Assembly: GCA_951406725.2 (NCBI GenBank)
Contig: OX597825.1
Span: 6,944,001 to 7,008,000, forward strand
DNA from: Octopus vulgaris
Lineage: Eukaryota
DNA length: 64,000 nucleotides
Direction: 5' to 3'
Shown: positions 12,308 to 25,834 of the stretch, piece after piece
Position numbering within the stretch: the stretch's first letter is position 1
How the letters are laid out: the number at the start of each line of letters is the position of its first letter
The notes under the pieces: generated by a model
The model's database searches: none
What the model was told of the DNA's origin: nothing
Seen by the model: the letters and a program-made list of their open reading frames with translations, nothing else
Program-made: the position numbers and the translations under genes

Positions 12308-14056
12308 TGTATGTATGTATATGTATGTATGTATGTATGTATATATATATTTATTGAGAAGGCATATTTTTCATTACTTGTGCACATACAAATATATTTA
12401 GGTAGATAAATAGATAGATGTGTATACATAAATGCTTAGAGAAGACGTATTATTAATGTCTGTTGCACATATACCATCTCACAATCTCTCATTCGCATTT
12501 TCTTTCACCATTTGTAAACATAATCTAGTGCTAGTTAAATATATGCCGTTTCTTTTATAAACTGCTGCTCAAGTTTACCGTATAATAATATCTATCCTAC
12601 TTCATTTCAATCTCCCTATTATTTCTCCGCACATTATTTGATTTGCATCATTCAATCAAGCTGAAATATTAGGTAGTAGTGCTCCTAATTCACACTTTAA
12701 TAGTTGGTTGGTTTGTTGGCTGTTTTTAGCATATCAGCACCGAATCGTAAACCTTCAATGATTTGTTATTGCAACTATTCAACCAAATATCACAATAATC
12801 AAAACCAACTTACCCATTTCTAATATGCAAAAAAAAAAAAAAGAAAGAAAGAAAAAAATGGATGTAAACACAACGAAGAAGATGGAAAAAGTCGTTGGCA
12901 ACACCATGTAATCTTCAATAACAACTTATTACTATCTTCCACAGCATGATCTTCAGTTAGTATTTATATACTACATAGATCTCCATTCATCTTTATACGC
13001 CGAATACTGACATCTCTCAAATGGCTATATTTAAATGTTAAACTCACTGCCAATGTCTGTGTCACCAAAATAGCCATTTTGTTTTGATGCCTTCATAGTT
13101 GAATTGATATTCACAATGGTGCTTTTACGTCATCACAAATTGATTATGTGTCTGCCAGATTGAATTAAATGCAGCTTTCATATTAAATTCTTCCAAGTGA
13201 AGCAAGAAGGAAATGTGAAAAGAAGGCAACTCTTTAGAGTCCTATCATTCGGTTGTTAGTAGAACTGATGGAGGAAAATAGTCTGTGACAGTCTTTTCTA
13301 TCCATATCTTTAGCAAGAACCACTTATTATAATGAGAAATGACATCATTTGTTAAATGACATGATACTATATGATAGGAATAGGAATAGGAAAAAAAAAA
13401 ATGTAGAAGCAGACAGAATCATTAGGATTCTGGCCTGTGAGTCGAAGAGTCTGCAGTTTGAATCCCACCACAGGTGATGGACTATGGTCGATAAAAGCAC
13501 TGAACTCATAGTTTCCCAGTTAACCTGTGAAAGGATTTCAGAGATCCCTGACAAAATTGGAATTTAATGTTATGAGATATAGTCCTTCCTAAGTATTTAA
13601 TATCTTAGAAAACGTTGTAAGCTCTAGAACACTGCATGTAAAAAGATGTTGAGATGGAAGAATTAAAATAACGATGATTATGATAGTCAAGCCAGAAGTG
13701 AGTTTATTGTTGTTATTTTTTATACTAAAAAGAAACAAATTTTGGGATCTGATCCTAAGAAAACTGAAGAAATATTTTTTTCAGAATAACTAAAAAAAAT
13801 AATTAAGTCTAAAACTTATCAACGAATGACTATTTGAAGATTTGGTAACATAATTTAAATAGAAATCTAAACAAAAAAAAACCAAACAAATAAGAGTCCC
13901 ATATTATTTCCTGTGTCTGCAAAATTATAGTGTTTCAAAAATTGTTAGGATTCTACATGGAAATTTAGAAATTGCAATTCATAGAGATAAGTAGAAATAT
14001 ATTTATTTCTTAAGGAGGACACAAAAATCAAACTTGACATCTTCCTTCTTCTCCCT

Positions 14057-14231
14057 CTTTAACATCCATTTTCCATGCTGGCATAGGTTGGACGGTTCAA
14101 CCAAAGCTTGCAAGCTGGAGAGCTGCACGGGTTTCCAGTCTAATTTGGTTTGGTTTCTACGGCTGGATGCCCTTCCTAACACCAACCACACCATAGAGTG
14201 TGTGTGTGTATGTATGTGTGTGTGTGTATGT

Positions 14232-14305
<74 letters not shown>

Positions 14306-14346
14306 GGTGTTTTTAACATGGCACTGGTAGATTGTACCACTGGCAT
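14057..14346 (-). mobile_element. RTE-LINE 3' end with (TG)n expanded inside it
   Basis: GGCTGGATGCCCTTCCTAACACCAACCAC then GAG(TG)nCTGGGTG where other copies have GAGTGTAGTGGGTG. Confidence 0.8.
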
Positions 14347-15891
14347 GAAAGTGGTATCGCATGAAAATGGTACTAAAATATTTTCTCATTGATGAGCAGT
14401 TTATGCTATTCTTTTTTACATCCTTTTTTATTATTCTATAGAATTGGAAAGTATTCAGGCAGTTTGACTAAAGTGCAGGTTCACCAAGAATATATGATTT
14501 CTAACCTGTGTATTCACTAAATTCTATGTTCCCTGGTCTTATATTTAACCGTCCTTGATAACAATTATCAGAGTAAACTCATGGTTTACTTTATTTTTCC
14601 AAATCTTCTAAAATATCTCCTATACCCTAGTTTCTTGTTTTGTGGTAATTCTTCAAATATCTATTCTAACAGTTTCGTTGAACTATGAAATTCAATCACA
14701 TAATTATGGAAGCAGATAAGAAAAACAGTCACAAAATATTCCAGTATCATGTTTTACTTCCAATGGAAATAATGAACAGCACCAAAAGTTTACCGAAGCG
14801 AACGAACCGCATGCCAAACTTTTATCCACTGTTCTACCATTAAAAATCCTCTGCACTTTTTATGGGTGGAATCTGGTGAAACTACAGAGTCTCCGAAGAA
14901 AGGAAACACATTCTGTTGCTAATGTAAGGAAAGCACGAGATAACCTTCAACTCTATTTTCAGCAGCATTTTTTATTATTAAAAATACTGGGCAGCCAAGT
15001 CAACAATCTATAAAATTCATTTGGTTAATATTTGCAGACACTTTTATTACCCTTTTAACAAGATTTTCTTACTGAACACAAATTTCATAGCCACCCACCA
15101 CCCCCATTTCCATTAGTGTCCATCTGTAGTCAGAATAAAAGAATTTATTGTCTATGGTGGAAAACTTTGCTACATACTTTTTAAATATTCTTTGTCCAGT
15201 TTTACAAACACACACACATACACACAATGCTTTTATTTATTTTCTCTGCTCCATCATCCATGAAAACGAATTTGTGCTGATAGATTTTGGTGTATCTTTC
15301 TTGGCAAGGTTTATATCCTTTAATAGGTACAGAGAATAATAACTACTTCGAGACACAATCATAAAATTTGGGGTTTATTTCTTGTAGAATTTTTCTAATA
15401 TTTTCTAATATTTATTATCACTGTTATTACAATATTGATAGAAGTAAGTTCAATGTACAAGTCTCAGTGAATGAAATATTATTTTAGGGTAAGCTACAAG
15501 TTATCATAGTGTTATAATTAAAGTTCTCTCAAATGGAAAAGCATCACTGCTCAATCAAATCTTATGTGATAATAAACAAATTGTAGCTACAGTAAATTTG
15601 GGCAAGATCAATTACATGGCAAGATGAAAATGCTTCATAGCTGGTTCACTTCTAAAATAAACATGTAGTCTTTACATGAGGTTCACATGGAGGCACTAAT
15701 TTACTTGAGAGTGGAAATGGTTATGGTTTCTCTTTTTTATTCACTTTATATAACAGTCTGTTATACATTACTGATTATATGAGACAAGGGTCTCACTTGT
15801 ATTTGTTTCAGCCTGATGAGGATTTCATTAGAAATTTATTCTTCTTCATTTGTTTAGGGTCTACAGCTGTTTAAGCTGACCCCCTGCTAAT

Positions 15892-16143
15892 AACCAGGAG
15901 CCCATACATGTTCAGATTAGACGAAGGAAATGGAAATGGATCGGACACACACTGTGGAAAGAACCCTCAAATATGACATGACAAGCACTTGAGTGGAATT
16001 TGCAGAGGAAAAGGAAGCAAGGGCCAATGCTACACAAGGGGCAAAAAGAAGAAGAAGGAGGAGAAGAAGAAGAAGGGGGAGGAGAAGAAGAAGAAGAAGA
16101 AGAAGAAGAAGAAGAAGAAGAAGAAGAAGAAGAAGAAGAAGAC
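15892..16143 (+). pseudogene. RTE-clade LINE ORF C-terminal remnant followed by (GAA)n
   Basis: Translates NQEPIHVQIRRRKWKWIGHTLWKEPSNMT*QALEWNLQRKRKQG, matching the RTE C-terminal pattern IRRRKWxWIGHTLRK...RQALxWNPQGKR. Confidence 0.8.
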
Positions 16144-16346
16144 GATGACGACCTGCTAATGAACATTCTTCTACAGAGACCAACATTGGGTAATTATGTT
16201 CAGAAAGTCTTTGAGAGTCATTAGATATATGTGAGAGTACTTTCAATTAGAATATTCTGTATGTCCACCATTTTTATGTCTATGTAGTAAATGTTATATG
16301 ATTCGGTGATGGGTCTTCAACCATACTCCTGACATTTTGTTGTAAG

Positions 16347-16419
16347 ATTCCAACCAATAACATGTGGTATGAAAGAAGCTTAAATTCCAACCAATAACAT
16401 GTGGTAAGAAAGAAGCTTA
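16347..16419. repeat. 37-bp direct tandem duplication
   Basis: ATTCCAACCAATAACATGTGGTA(T/A)GAAAGAAGCTTA twice. Confidence 0.95.
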
Positions 16420-17719
16420 GAACTATTTCCAGAACAAGTATTTGCCATTCCTTTTCCAATTGGTGTTTATAAACTTAATTGTACATCTATGGCATTAGAG
16501 GGTGGAGGTCATTATCTTTATCTTTGACATAAGCATTGCCATTATTCAAGATAATCTGGAGACGTTTTGCTGCTGTAAAATCCTTCCGAATGCCCAAAAT
16601 ATGCATCTAACTATTTATCATAAAATCTCGTTAATTCTACCTCGGCATCTGCTAATATGAAACATCAGTAAGTTTTTCTTGTCCCCAATTTCCATTACAT
16701 AAAATAAACGGCACAAGTTACGAGGCCAAATATGTCGTAAAACCGTAATAAACATGCTACAAATCAGCTGTTATGTCCTTTGTAACATTATATAACAGAA
16801 ATTTACTCCTACAAAGGAAAGTTCACATTTCTGATTGACACCTTCCCCATAACCTTCATAACCATGATGTAATGCAAACACTACATTAATATAAGATTTG
16901 TTACAGATTTCATAGCAAGAGAATTCAAAGAGACTCTACTCTTTTATAATATTTGGCATTTCCACATATAATATATTCAGAATGGTAGAAGAAGTAATAA
17001 ATAAAATATAGCTACAGTTAGGAATCTTTCTTAGAGATGTTCACAGTTTCGCAAATGGTAAAATGCAAATTTTCTTTTATTTCTTTTATCTCATGTCAGA
17101 CAATGTGCTTGTTGAATTTAGAAAATATTTTTCTTTGTAAAACATTTTTCTTCTAAATTTCAATGGCAACTAATGAATACCGTTTGCTCTTTGGTCAAAC
17201 AGTTCTCAATCAATGCAAACCAAAAATATTCCTCTTAATTGGCAGCACCATAACCTCCGTCACAAAATAATTGAATTGCCACAGATATTTACTGTTTCTA
17301 AACTGTTCACACCGTTGGTTCTATGTGTCTGCCTTCTTTACATATTTCATTCATGTTAGAAGGTTTTTCATTTAATCATAGGTGAGAGAGATTTGTTTTT
17401 TCCTGTTGTCTAAAAGATGTTTCTGTTCAACTCAAAATGTTATTTTCACACACACACACACACACATACACACAAACTCTGTCTGTCTGTCTGCTGGTCT
17501 GTCTCTCTTTTTCTTACACACACGTTACTCATTACCATTTTCCATAACATGACAATTACAACTTGTGCTTCCCTATAAAGTACTGCTTAAAGATTCAGAA
17601 GTGTCAATGCTCACTAAAAAACATGATGGGAACTTTCTGCCTGATGCCTTGTTGGAAAAGATGTGGAACCTTAAGATGGAAACTATCCTAGTTGTTATAG
17701 GGTCTTAGATTTATCTTCT

Positions 17720-17908
17720 ATTTTTTATTTGTTTCTGTTGTTAGACTATGGACATGAAGAATGTTTGAAGAATGTTTTAGCTGAATGAATTGGCCCCAGA
17801 ACTGTTTTTTTAAAAGCATGGTATTTATTCTATCGATATCTTTTGCTGAACTACTAAGTTATGGAGATGTAAACACACCAATTCTTGTTGTCAAGCAGTA
17901 ATTAGGGA

Positions 17909-17973
<65 letters not shown>

Positions 17974-18068
17974 GCGACAGGCTTCTTTCAGTTTCTGTCA
18001 ACCAAATCTACTCACAAGGCTTTGTTTAGCCCAGGGCTATGGTAAAAGACACTTGCCTAAGATACCAC
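17720..18068 (-). mobile_element. SINE family A, 5'-truncated
   Basis: Homology to 28383-28803, internal (CA)n. Confidence 0.85.
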
Positions 18069-18819
18069 AAGAAAAAAAATATTTTAGCAATATCAAAGGA
18101 GAACCATCTTTTGAGGAAATTCAAAATAACAGTACCAACTAGCACTGTACACATTCTGGGAAGAACCATCTCCATTTAACTGTAAATTCTAGAATGTCAG
18201 GTAATCAATGTGATTCACCCAAAATGTTTGAGTTTTCCCACTTAATTTAAATTACAGTCATACATCCATCTCTCTACTTATAAATTTTATACATAAAATC
18301 ATTTAGAAATCAATATTCTGTATTTTCTGCTTACATTTTGTCTCTTTATTTCTATATTTATACAACTCTTAAACTTCTGATATCACTCATGCACCAAACC
18401 ATTTTTCTTTCTTTGTTTTCTCAAAAATGCTATTCTTATACTTACTGTTTTATATCATACTTATATGAACTGTCTTTTATCTTTATATATACACCTATGT
18501 GTGTGTGTATGGGCTTGTGTGTGTTTGTGTGAGTGCCTTAGTTTTTAATTTTTCAATCAGTGAAATATCTTTGTTTTTAAAGAGACAACCCTAGCAGTGG
18601 AAAGTATTAAATCACTTCTCTTAACCTTAAGTCTTTGGGAATGACAGGGCAAGCTACTGTACATGGCAATCACAGAAATAAATAATACTAATGCTAATAC
18701 TAACAACAATAATAATGATTATGATAGTGATAGTTTGATAGCTACAAATGCTTCAGGAGATGCAAAAAAAAAAATGAAGCTTTCACCAAAGAAAGAAATG
18801 AAAAAGTAGAGTATGTAAG

Positions 18820-19205
18820 TGCAACGTGGCTGTGTAGTAAGAAGTGTGCTCCCAACCACATGGTTCTGGGTTCAGTCCTATTGCATGGCTCCTTGGGCAA
18901 GTGTCTTCTGCTATAGCCTCAGGGCTGACCAAAGCCTTGTGAGTGGATTTGGTAGACAGAAACTGAAAGAAGCCCATCATATATATGTTTGTATTTATGT
19001 GTGTGTCAGTGTTTGTCCCCCCACCATTGCTCGACAGCTGATATGGGTGTCCCTGCAACTTAGTAGTTTGGCAAAAGAGGCTGATGGAATAAGTACCAGG
19101 CTGACAAAGAATAATTCCTGGGGTTGATTAGTTCGACTAAAGGCAGTGCTCCAGCATGGCCACAGTCAAATGACTGAAACAAGTAAAAGAGTAAAAGAGT
19201 GAAAG
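18820..19205 (+). mobile_element. SINE family A, full length
   Basis: A box TGGCTGTGTAG, B box GGTTCAGTCC, CORE-like CCTTGGGCAAGTGTCTT, tail (GTAAAAGA)n. Confidence 0.92.
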
Positions 19206-19434
19206 AATAAACAGAAGGGAGAGGTAAGAGGCATTATATGAGAAAAAAGAAATTAATAATCTTAAAGGTATGCACACACGTGATACACACACACATGCCT
19301 GTATAGAAATGCACACAAATATCATATACACATAAATATTTATAATATTTATTTCTTCTCTAGGCACAAGTCCCAAAATTACAACAGCAACAAGAACAAT
19401 AATAATAATAACAATAATAATAATAATGATGATG

Positions 19435-19483
<49 letters not shown>

Positions 19484-19786
19484 TAATAACAATAATGATG
19501 ATGGGCAAGAATATCAGGTATAGAATGAGCAGCTCCTGTCATAAATGAAAGGTAAAGGGAGAAAATGCTGACAAGATTATGGCATCGGCTTCAAGTATTT
19601 GGCTCTGTGTCAGACAAACAAAGCATGTGGTTGTAAGGATTTCCATAGAGAGCAACAATATATATATATATATATATTATATTATATATACATATATATA
19701 TACATATATATATTATATTATATATATATATATATACACATATATATATATATTATATTATATATATATATATATATTAAATACAT

Positions 19787-19828
<42 letters not shown>

Positions 19829-20907
19829 GACTTGCAGGCACAGATGCACACATATATGCATGAAAATAAATAAAAGTACAATAAAATACAATAATTTAAA
19901 GAAAATAAAATATAATTTCTGGCCTGGTTAAATCTGGCTACTTCACAACCCTAGTTGATTAACTAAATTTCCAAACTGTGTTTGAGTGTAACTAAATGCA
20001 CCAGTAAGCATTCTTTGAGACATTTGCTGTTGAAAAACAACATGAGAGTATTTTCTTTTAAACTTGGTATTATGTCTTAATTCTAATTTTACTGGTTAAT
20101 CTATCTTTTGCATGTTGTTTATATTCTGAATTTAATTGTCTTTGTGCCATTCTAACTTATTCAGAGATTCCATGGCACCAGAAATGTGTAATTTTGTCTA
20201 TTAACTTTATCTTTGCTTTCCAAAGAATGCAGGAGCTTAGTTCAGTTTTATTTTCTACATTTTCTTAGTAATTTTCCAGGGGAGGGATTTTTCTGGTTTA
20301 AAGAAATTGTTTCTCATCTATTTTTGCTATTTTCTGCTGATTCCTCGTTTTTAATGTGTTTTCCCTCTTTTCCTTATGTATTTTCACCACGCTTTTAGAA
20401 ATTTCATTTGTAATTATTATATACACTTCACCAAACGATGAAGGTGTGTCTCTACAGATTGGTATTCTTAAGGTATGATGCAATTGTTCATTTATTTCTG
20501 ATATTTACTTTGCTGTCTCAAAAGCTTTTGAAACTAGTTTTCGCCATTATTTCTGCTACTGCTTTTCATTGATTTTTTTGTTTGTTTATTAATCTTCTCT
20601 GTTTTGTCAGGCATTCAACACTGATGAAGTGTGTTTTACCCCTACAAATGTAAGAACTGATTTTTCTGTCCTGTGTAACCTGTATAATTAATCCTGTGCA
20701 TTTTAGCTCTGCACCTTTTTTTGTGCCTTCTATTGAGCACAATATTGCTTTATGGGAGTCATTAGGACTTGCCAGTCCATTTTGATGATTCCTGACCACT
20801 GGTCACTTTTTTGTTTATTTTGCTTTGACCAATCTCCCATACTGTAAAGCAACAATCACTACTAACCATTCGGTACAACATTTCTTATTACAACTCTTAT
20901 ATTTCAT

Positions 20908-21065
20908 TGACCCCCGGTGTTTCACTGGTAATTAATTTATCAACCCCAAAAGAATGAAAGGCAAAGTCGACCTTAGGCAGAATTTGAACTCAGAATGTAA
21001 AGATAGTCAAAATACTGCTAAGCATTATGGCTGGCATGCTAATGATCCTACTAGATTGCCACCTT
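20908..21065 (-). mobile_element. SINE family B
   Basis: ATGAAAGGCAAAGTCGACC...GAATTTGAACTCAGAA. Confidence 0.85.
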
Positions 21066-21067
21066 AA

Positions 21068-21068
21068 T

Positions 21069-21134
<66 letters not shown>

Positions 21135-21180
21135 AAGAAGAAGAAGAAGAAGAAGAAGAAGAAGAAAAAAAGAAGAAGAA

Positions 21181-21246
<66 letters not shown>

Positions 21247-21303
21247 AAGAAGAAGAAGAAGAAGAAGAAGAAGAAGAAGAAGAAGAAGAAGAAGAAGAAG
21301 AAG
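21068..21303. repeat. Compound (AAT)n(AAG)n(AAT)n(AAG)n microsatellite
   Basis: Directly visible duplicated two-block pattern. Confidence 0.95.
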
Positions 21304-21514
21304 AGAACTCAGAGAGTGAAAACCTCCACCAAGGCAACACCAATGTCCTCTCAACAATAAGCTAGAGGTAATTTTTAAAATGAAAATATCTGAAATAAAC
21401 TCGACTGCTCTCACAAAAGAGAATCCTAAAAATGAACCCAACCACTCACAAAATGTTTAGTCAGCAGTAACTCAGACAATTTCAGCCTGTGTGCTTGACT
21501 GCATTTTCTGTTTT

Positions 21515-21715
21515 AAAGGCACAGGCCAGCAGTTTTGGCAAAGGGGCTAAGTTGGTTACATCAACCTCAGTGCTCAACTGGTATTTATTTTATCGACCCC
21601 AAAAGGATGAAAGGCAAAGTCAACCTCAGCAGGACTGAACTCAAAATACACAAAAGCATGAAATGCTGCCAAGCATTTTGCCCGGCATGCTAGTGATTCT
21701 ACCTGTTCACTGCCT
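21515..21715 (-). mobile_element. SINE family B
   Basis: Homology to other B copies. Confidence 0.85.
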
Positions 21716-22444
21716 ACAGGTACCGTAGATGATGCCAAAACTTTTCCCTTTCCCAAATGAAATATCTTCTCATGGAGGGCTTGCTGTCCTAGTTGAGGTA
21801 AAAGAAAAATTTAACCCTATCAGGGCTTTTCATAAAAGGGAGGTTAATAACATTTCTCTTTGTCCTCTGCTGGATTGTCTCCCATGACAAAGAAATGCAG
21901 TTGGACCATGCAGAATTCTCTTTTCTATATTCTTTTTTTTCTAACAATTGTGGTAGATCTAAAAATTCCATCTGTTCTCTCATTTGTCTTCACACAATTT
22001 CAATGTAAATGGATAGCAATATCTTGAATCGTTTAAGTGTTGTTATTATTAATGTTGTTCTTATTACAATTGCTGTCTTCGAAATTACTTTTTTGAAGAA
22101 CGGGTATGTCTTCTTTTTTCAAGTGTTGACTATACCGTTCATTTTCTTCTTCTTCTTCTTCTTCCTGTACATTTAATTCTGTATTTTTATTTTGCGCTTT
22201 TTTCTTTTATTTAGTTATTGTTGCCATTTTGGATGAGAAAATGCTATGTGTGTAAATAAAATTTCTAAAGTTTGTGAAAAAAACCTAATTTTTTTATCAA
22301 TGTTTTCTAAGTCTGGGTATGGAGTAGAGAATTTCCTCAGGCATTCACAGGTATTTTTACAAATACTTCAACGAAAATTTCATTTGGTAATGTTTGAAAT
22401 AAAACATGTTTTGATGGGAAAAATCTCAAAGACAACATCACATA

Positions 22445-22838
22445 ATAATCCTTTCTATTAAAGGCACAAGGCCTGAATTTTTGGAGGAGGGCACTAGTTG
22501 ATTACATCGACTCAAGTAAACAACTGGTAATTAATTTATCGACCCAGAAAGGACCAAAGGCAATGTTGACCTCGGTGGAATTTGAACTTAAAATGTAGCG
22601 GCAGACAAAATACCTATTTCTTTACTACCCACAAGGGGCTAAGCACAGAGAAGATGAACAAGGACAGACAAACGGATTAAGTCGATTATATCGTCCCCAG
22701 TGCGTAACTGGTACTTAATTTATCGACTCCGAAAGGATGAAAGGCAAAGTCGGCAGAATTTGAACTCAGAACGTAGCGGCAGATGAAATACCGCTAAGCA
22801 TTTTACCTGGTGTGCTAATGGTTCTGCCAGCTCACCTC
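22445..22838 (-). mobile_element. SINE family B dimer with two different 3' tails
   Basis: Two central domains (22500-22600, 22680-22770) separated by an alternative tail at 22613-22680. Confidence 0.8.
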
Positions 22839-22857
22839 TTTCATATCTTCATATAAT

Positions 22858-23108
22858 AATAATAATAATAATAATGATACTACTACTAATAATAATCCTT
22901 TCTACTATAGTTACAAGGCCTGAAATTTTGTGGGAGGGGTCCAGTTAATTAGATTGACACCAGTATGAAACTGGTACTTAATCTATTGACCTCGAAAGGA
23001 TGAAAAGCAAAGTCGACCTGGGCAAAATTTGAACTTAACATGCAGCAGCAGACAAAATACCGCAAAGTATTTCACCTGGTGTGCTAATGGTCCTTCCAGC
23101 TCACCGCT
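22858..23108 (-). mobile_element. SINE family B flanked by ~18-bp direct repeat
   Basis: TTCATATCTTCATATAAT at ~22840 and ~23109. Confidence 0.85.
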
Positions 23109-23450
23109 TTCATATCTTCATATAATGATAATAATTATTATTATGATAATAGCAATAATAATAATAGATAATGCAATTGATTTCACTGACTCAAGTATCA
23201 TATAATTAATATAATGATGTTTGCGTTATCAATATTTGTCTTTAACTTTGGCCTTCCCTCAGAAACAAGAGCACTAAACGAGTTTTCTTCATAGACATCT
23301 TTGTAATGTTGCCCCCGATTCTTTGTACCGAATGAATTAAATTTTTGATTTCATATAAACATACTTGATTAGTTTTTCTAGACAATGTGTTTATGTGTTT
23401 ATGTGTTTATGTGTATACATACATATATACATACATATATACATATATAC

Positions 23451-23489
<39 letters not shown>

Positions 23490-23635
23490 CATACATACAT
23501 ATGTATATACAGACATACATACATACATATACCTACATACATATATATACATATATATATATATATACATACATATATATATACATATATATACATACAT
23601 AGATACATATATACATACATACATACATACATACA

Positions 23636-23683
<48 letters not shown>

Positions 23684-24299
23684 CTGTTTGCAAGTACACA
23701 ATGTGATGTATAGAACTCACCAAGGATATTCATTGCCAATTTAGCTTCAGTGGCTTTAATTAAATATATCATTGGTTTGGAAAACCAACAGGTGTTCATG
23801 GTCGACAATGTGAAGAAATTAACTTTAATTAAGCAACATTCAGGTAATATTTAATATCTGTTGGACTGCTTTCATCGTTGTTAAATTAATAAATACTTAA
23901 TCTTCATTAGACTATTGTCTAAGCTATACATATGATATCTAATCACTTCATTTATTAACTTTGTGAGACTAAATTTAAAACTCATTCAAGTTATTTGGAA
24001 ATACTTTAAATGCATCTGTATTGGCAACAAATTTGTGCTTAACATCTGTCTCCTGCTGGAAGTAATTTCAATAAACAAACATTCAGTAAAGATGAATAAT
24101 TCATTTGAAAATGATAAACAACTGACTTTAAGAAATATAAGTGTATATATTTCATTTTGAAGAAGGCAAACCGCCAATTACCTGAATACACTACACTGTT
24201 TCAGTTCTTGGATGTAATAATTCATCTCATTTCCATGGCGACTATGCAGAGTAAAGGCAAATAAACTCTGTTTTTTTTCTGCCATAAACAGTGTTTCTG

Positions 24300-24450
24300 T
24301 TGGTTGGCGTTAGGAAGAGCATCCAGCCGTAGAAACATTGCCAGATCAGACTGGGCCTGGTGCAACCTTCTGGCTTCGCAGACCCCAGTTGAACCGTCCA
24401 ACCCATGCTAGCATGGAAAGCGGACGCTAAACGTGATGATGATGATGATG
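24300..24450 (+). mobile_element. RTE-LINE 3' end
   Basis: TGGTTGGCGTTAGGAAG...AGCATGGAAAGCGGACGCTAAACG(TGA)n. Confidence 0.9.
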
Positions 24451-24823
24451 ATATATGTATATATATATGTGAGTGACCATTAGAGTTGCTAAGTCTTGGT
24501 AAGTCAATTCTTCAACTTAGTGTTGATTTAGTATAAAAGCCTTTTCTGTTTATTTACATATCTGCATCACCAAAGCTCTTCAGAGATGGGAACATCATCA
24601 GTTTAAAATGTCCTAAAAATCTTTAACTTCATCACTATCTACAGAAGTGATAAAAAAAAAAAATCACAAGGGAAAATTTCTCCAAAATATAGTTTAGAAA
24701 GCAATGAACATATCTTAGTTTTAACATTAATGTTTTTTATATATATATAAATACATATATGTGTGTGCATGTGTGTGTATAAATGTGGGTGTGTGCATAT
24801 ATATATACAAATATGTGTGTTTG

Positions 24824-24870
<47 letters not shown>

Positions 24871-24992
24871 ATATTAGAAGAAATAAGGTACTCAGAAATC
24901 TGGATGGTTTTACATTTACAGATTTTTATTATGTCACATGTTTTCATACATCATATATTAGTGCTTGCATCTTTGCATCTACTCTAGTAGAA

Positions 24993-25028
<36 letters not shown>

Positions 25029-25415
25029 CACAGATGAGATCCAGAGATTCTCCATACAGAAAGACGCTTGGTAGTTCTCAAAAGATTCAAACTTGGACTT
25101 TGATGCCTTTGCAGGGGATTGATTCCACAAGGTAAAGAAAGGTTATAAGCGGAATCAAGTTGAATGCATATACAGGCAATTATGCAGATAAACAAATTAG
25201 GTACACTAATTAGATTAAATATATTAAGTATATTAGTTTGGGTATGAAATATGTATACATGTACACATGCAAACTAATATATTTAAAATATTTGAAATAT
25301 CTAATTTGTTTATTCACTTAATTGGTTCCCCCTCTCTCTCTCTATATATATATACGTATACACATACACTCACACATGCATGTGCGCGTGCACACACACA
25401 CACACACACACACAT

Positions 25416-25577
25416 AGGTGCAGGCATGGCTCTGTGATAAGAAGCTTACCTCTTAACCACATGGTTTGAGGTTCAGTCCCACTGCCTGACATCTTGGGCA
25501 AGTGTCTTCTACTATAACCCCAGGTCAACCGATTTCTTGTGAATGGATTTAGTAGAAAAATAGAAAGAAGTCCATCA
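25416..25577 (+). mobile_element. SINE family A 5' half
   Basis: GGCATGGCTCTGTGATAAGAAGC...GGTTCAGTCCC...TTGGGCAAGTGTCTTC. Confidence 0.85.
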
Positions 25578-25583
25578 GATATA

Positions 25584-25625
<42 letters not shown>

Positions 25626-25781
25626 TGTACATATATTTATATACATATATATATACATATATATACGTGTGTAGAGGTGTCTGTGTGTGTGTGTATATGT
25701 GTATGTATATGTGAATGTATGTTTATGTACTGATATGTGTGTCTGTTCATGTTGTATATATGACTGTTACTCTGTCGAGGG

Positions 25782-25834
<53 letters not shown>

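Noticed and set aside
15812-15840. CTGATGAG followed by a small hairpin
   Set aside because: No GAAA after the stem and no stem I; chance match
19975-20790. Possible very old LINE remnants (also 12860-13100, 16150-16680, 34800-35200, 39300-39350)
   Set aside because: Only isolated motif-like peptides; too degenerate to support without a profile search
21305-21450. Repeat-like segment after the (AAG)n tract
   Set aside because: Looks familiar as a dispersed repeat but no second copy or terminal structure in this window
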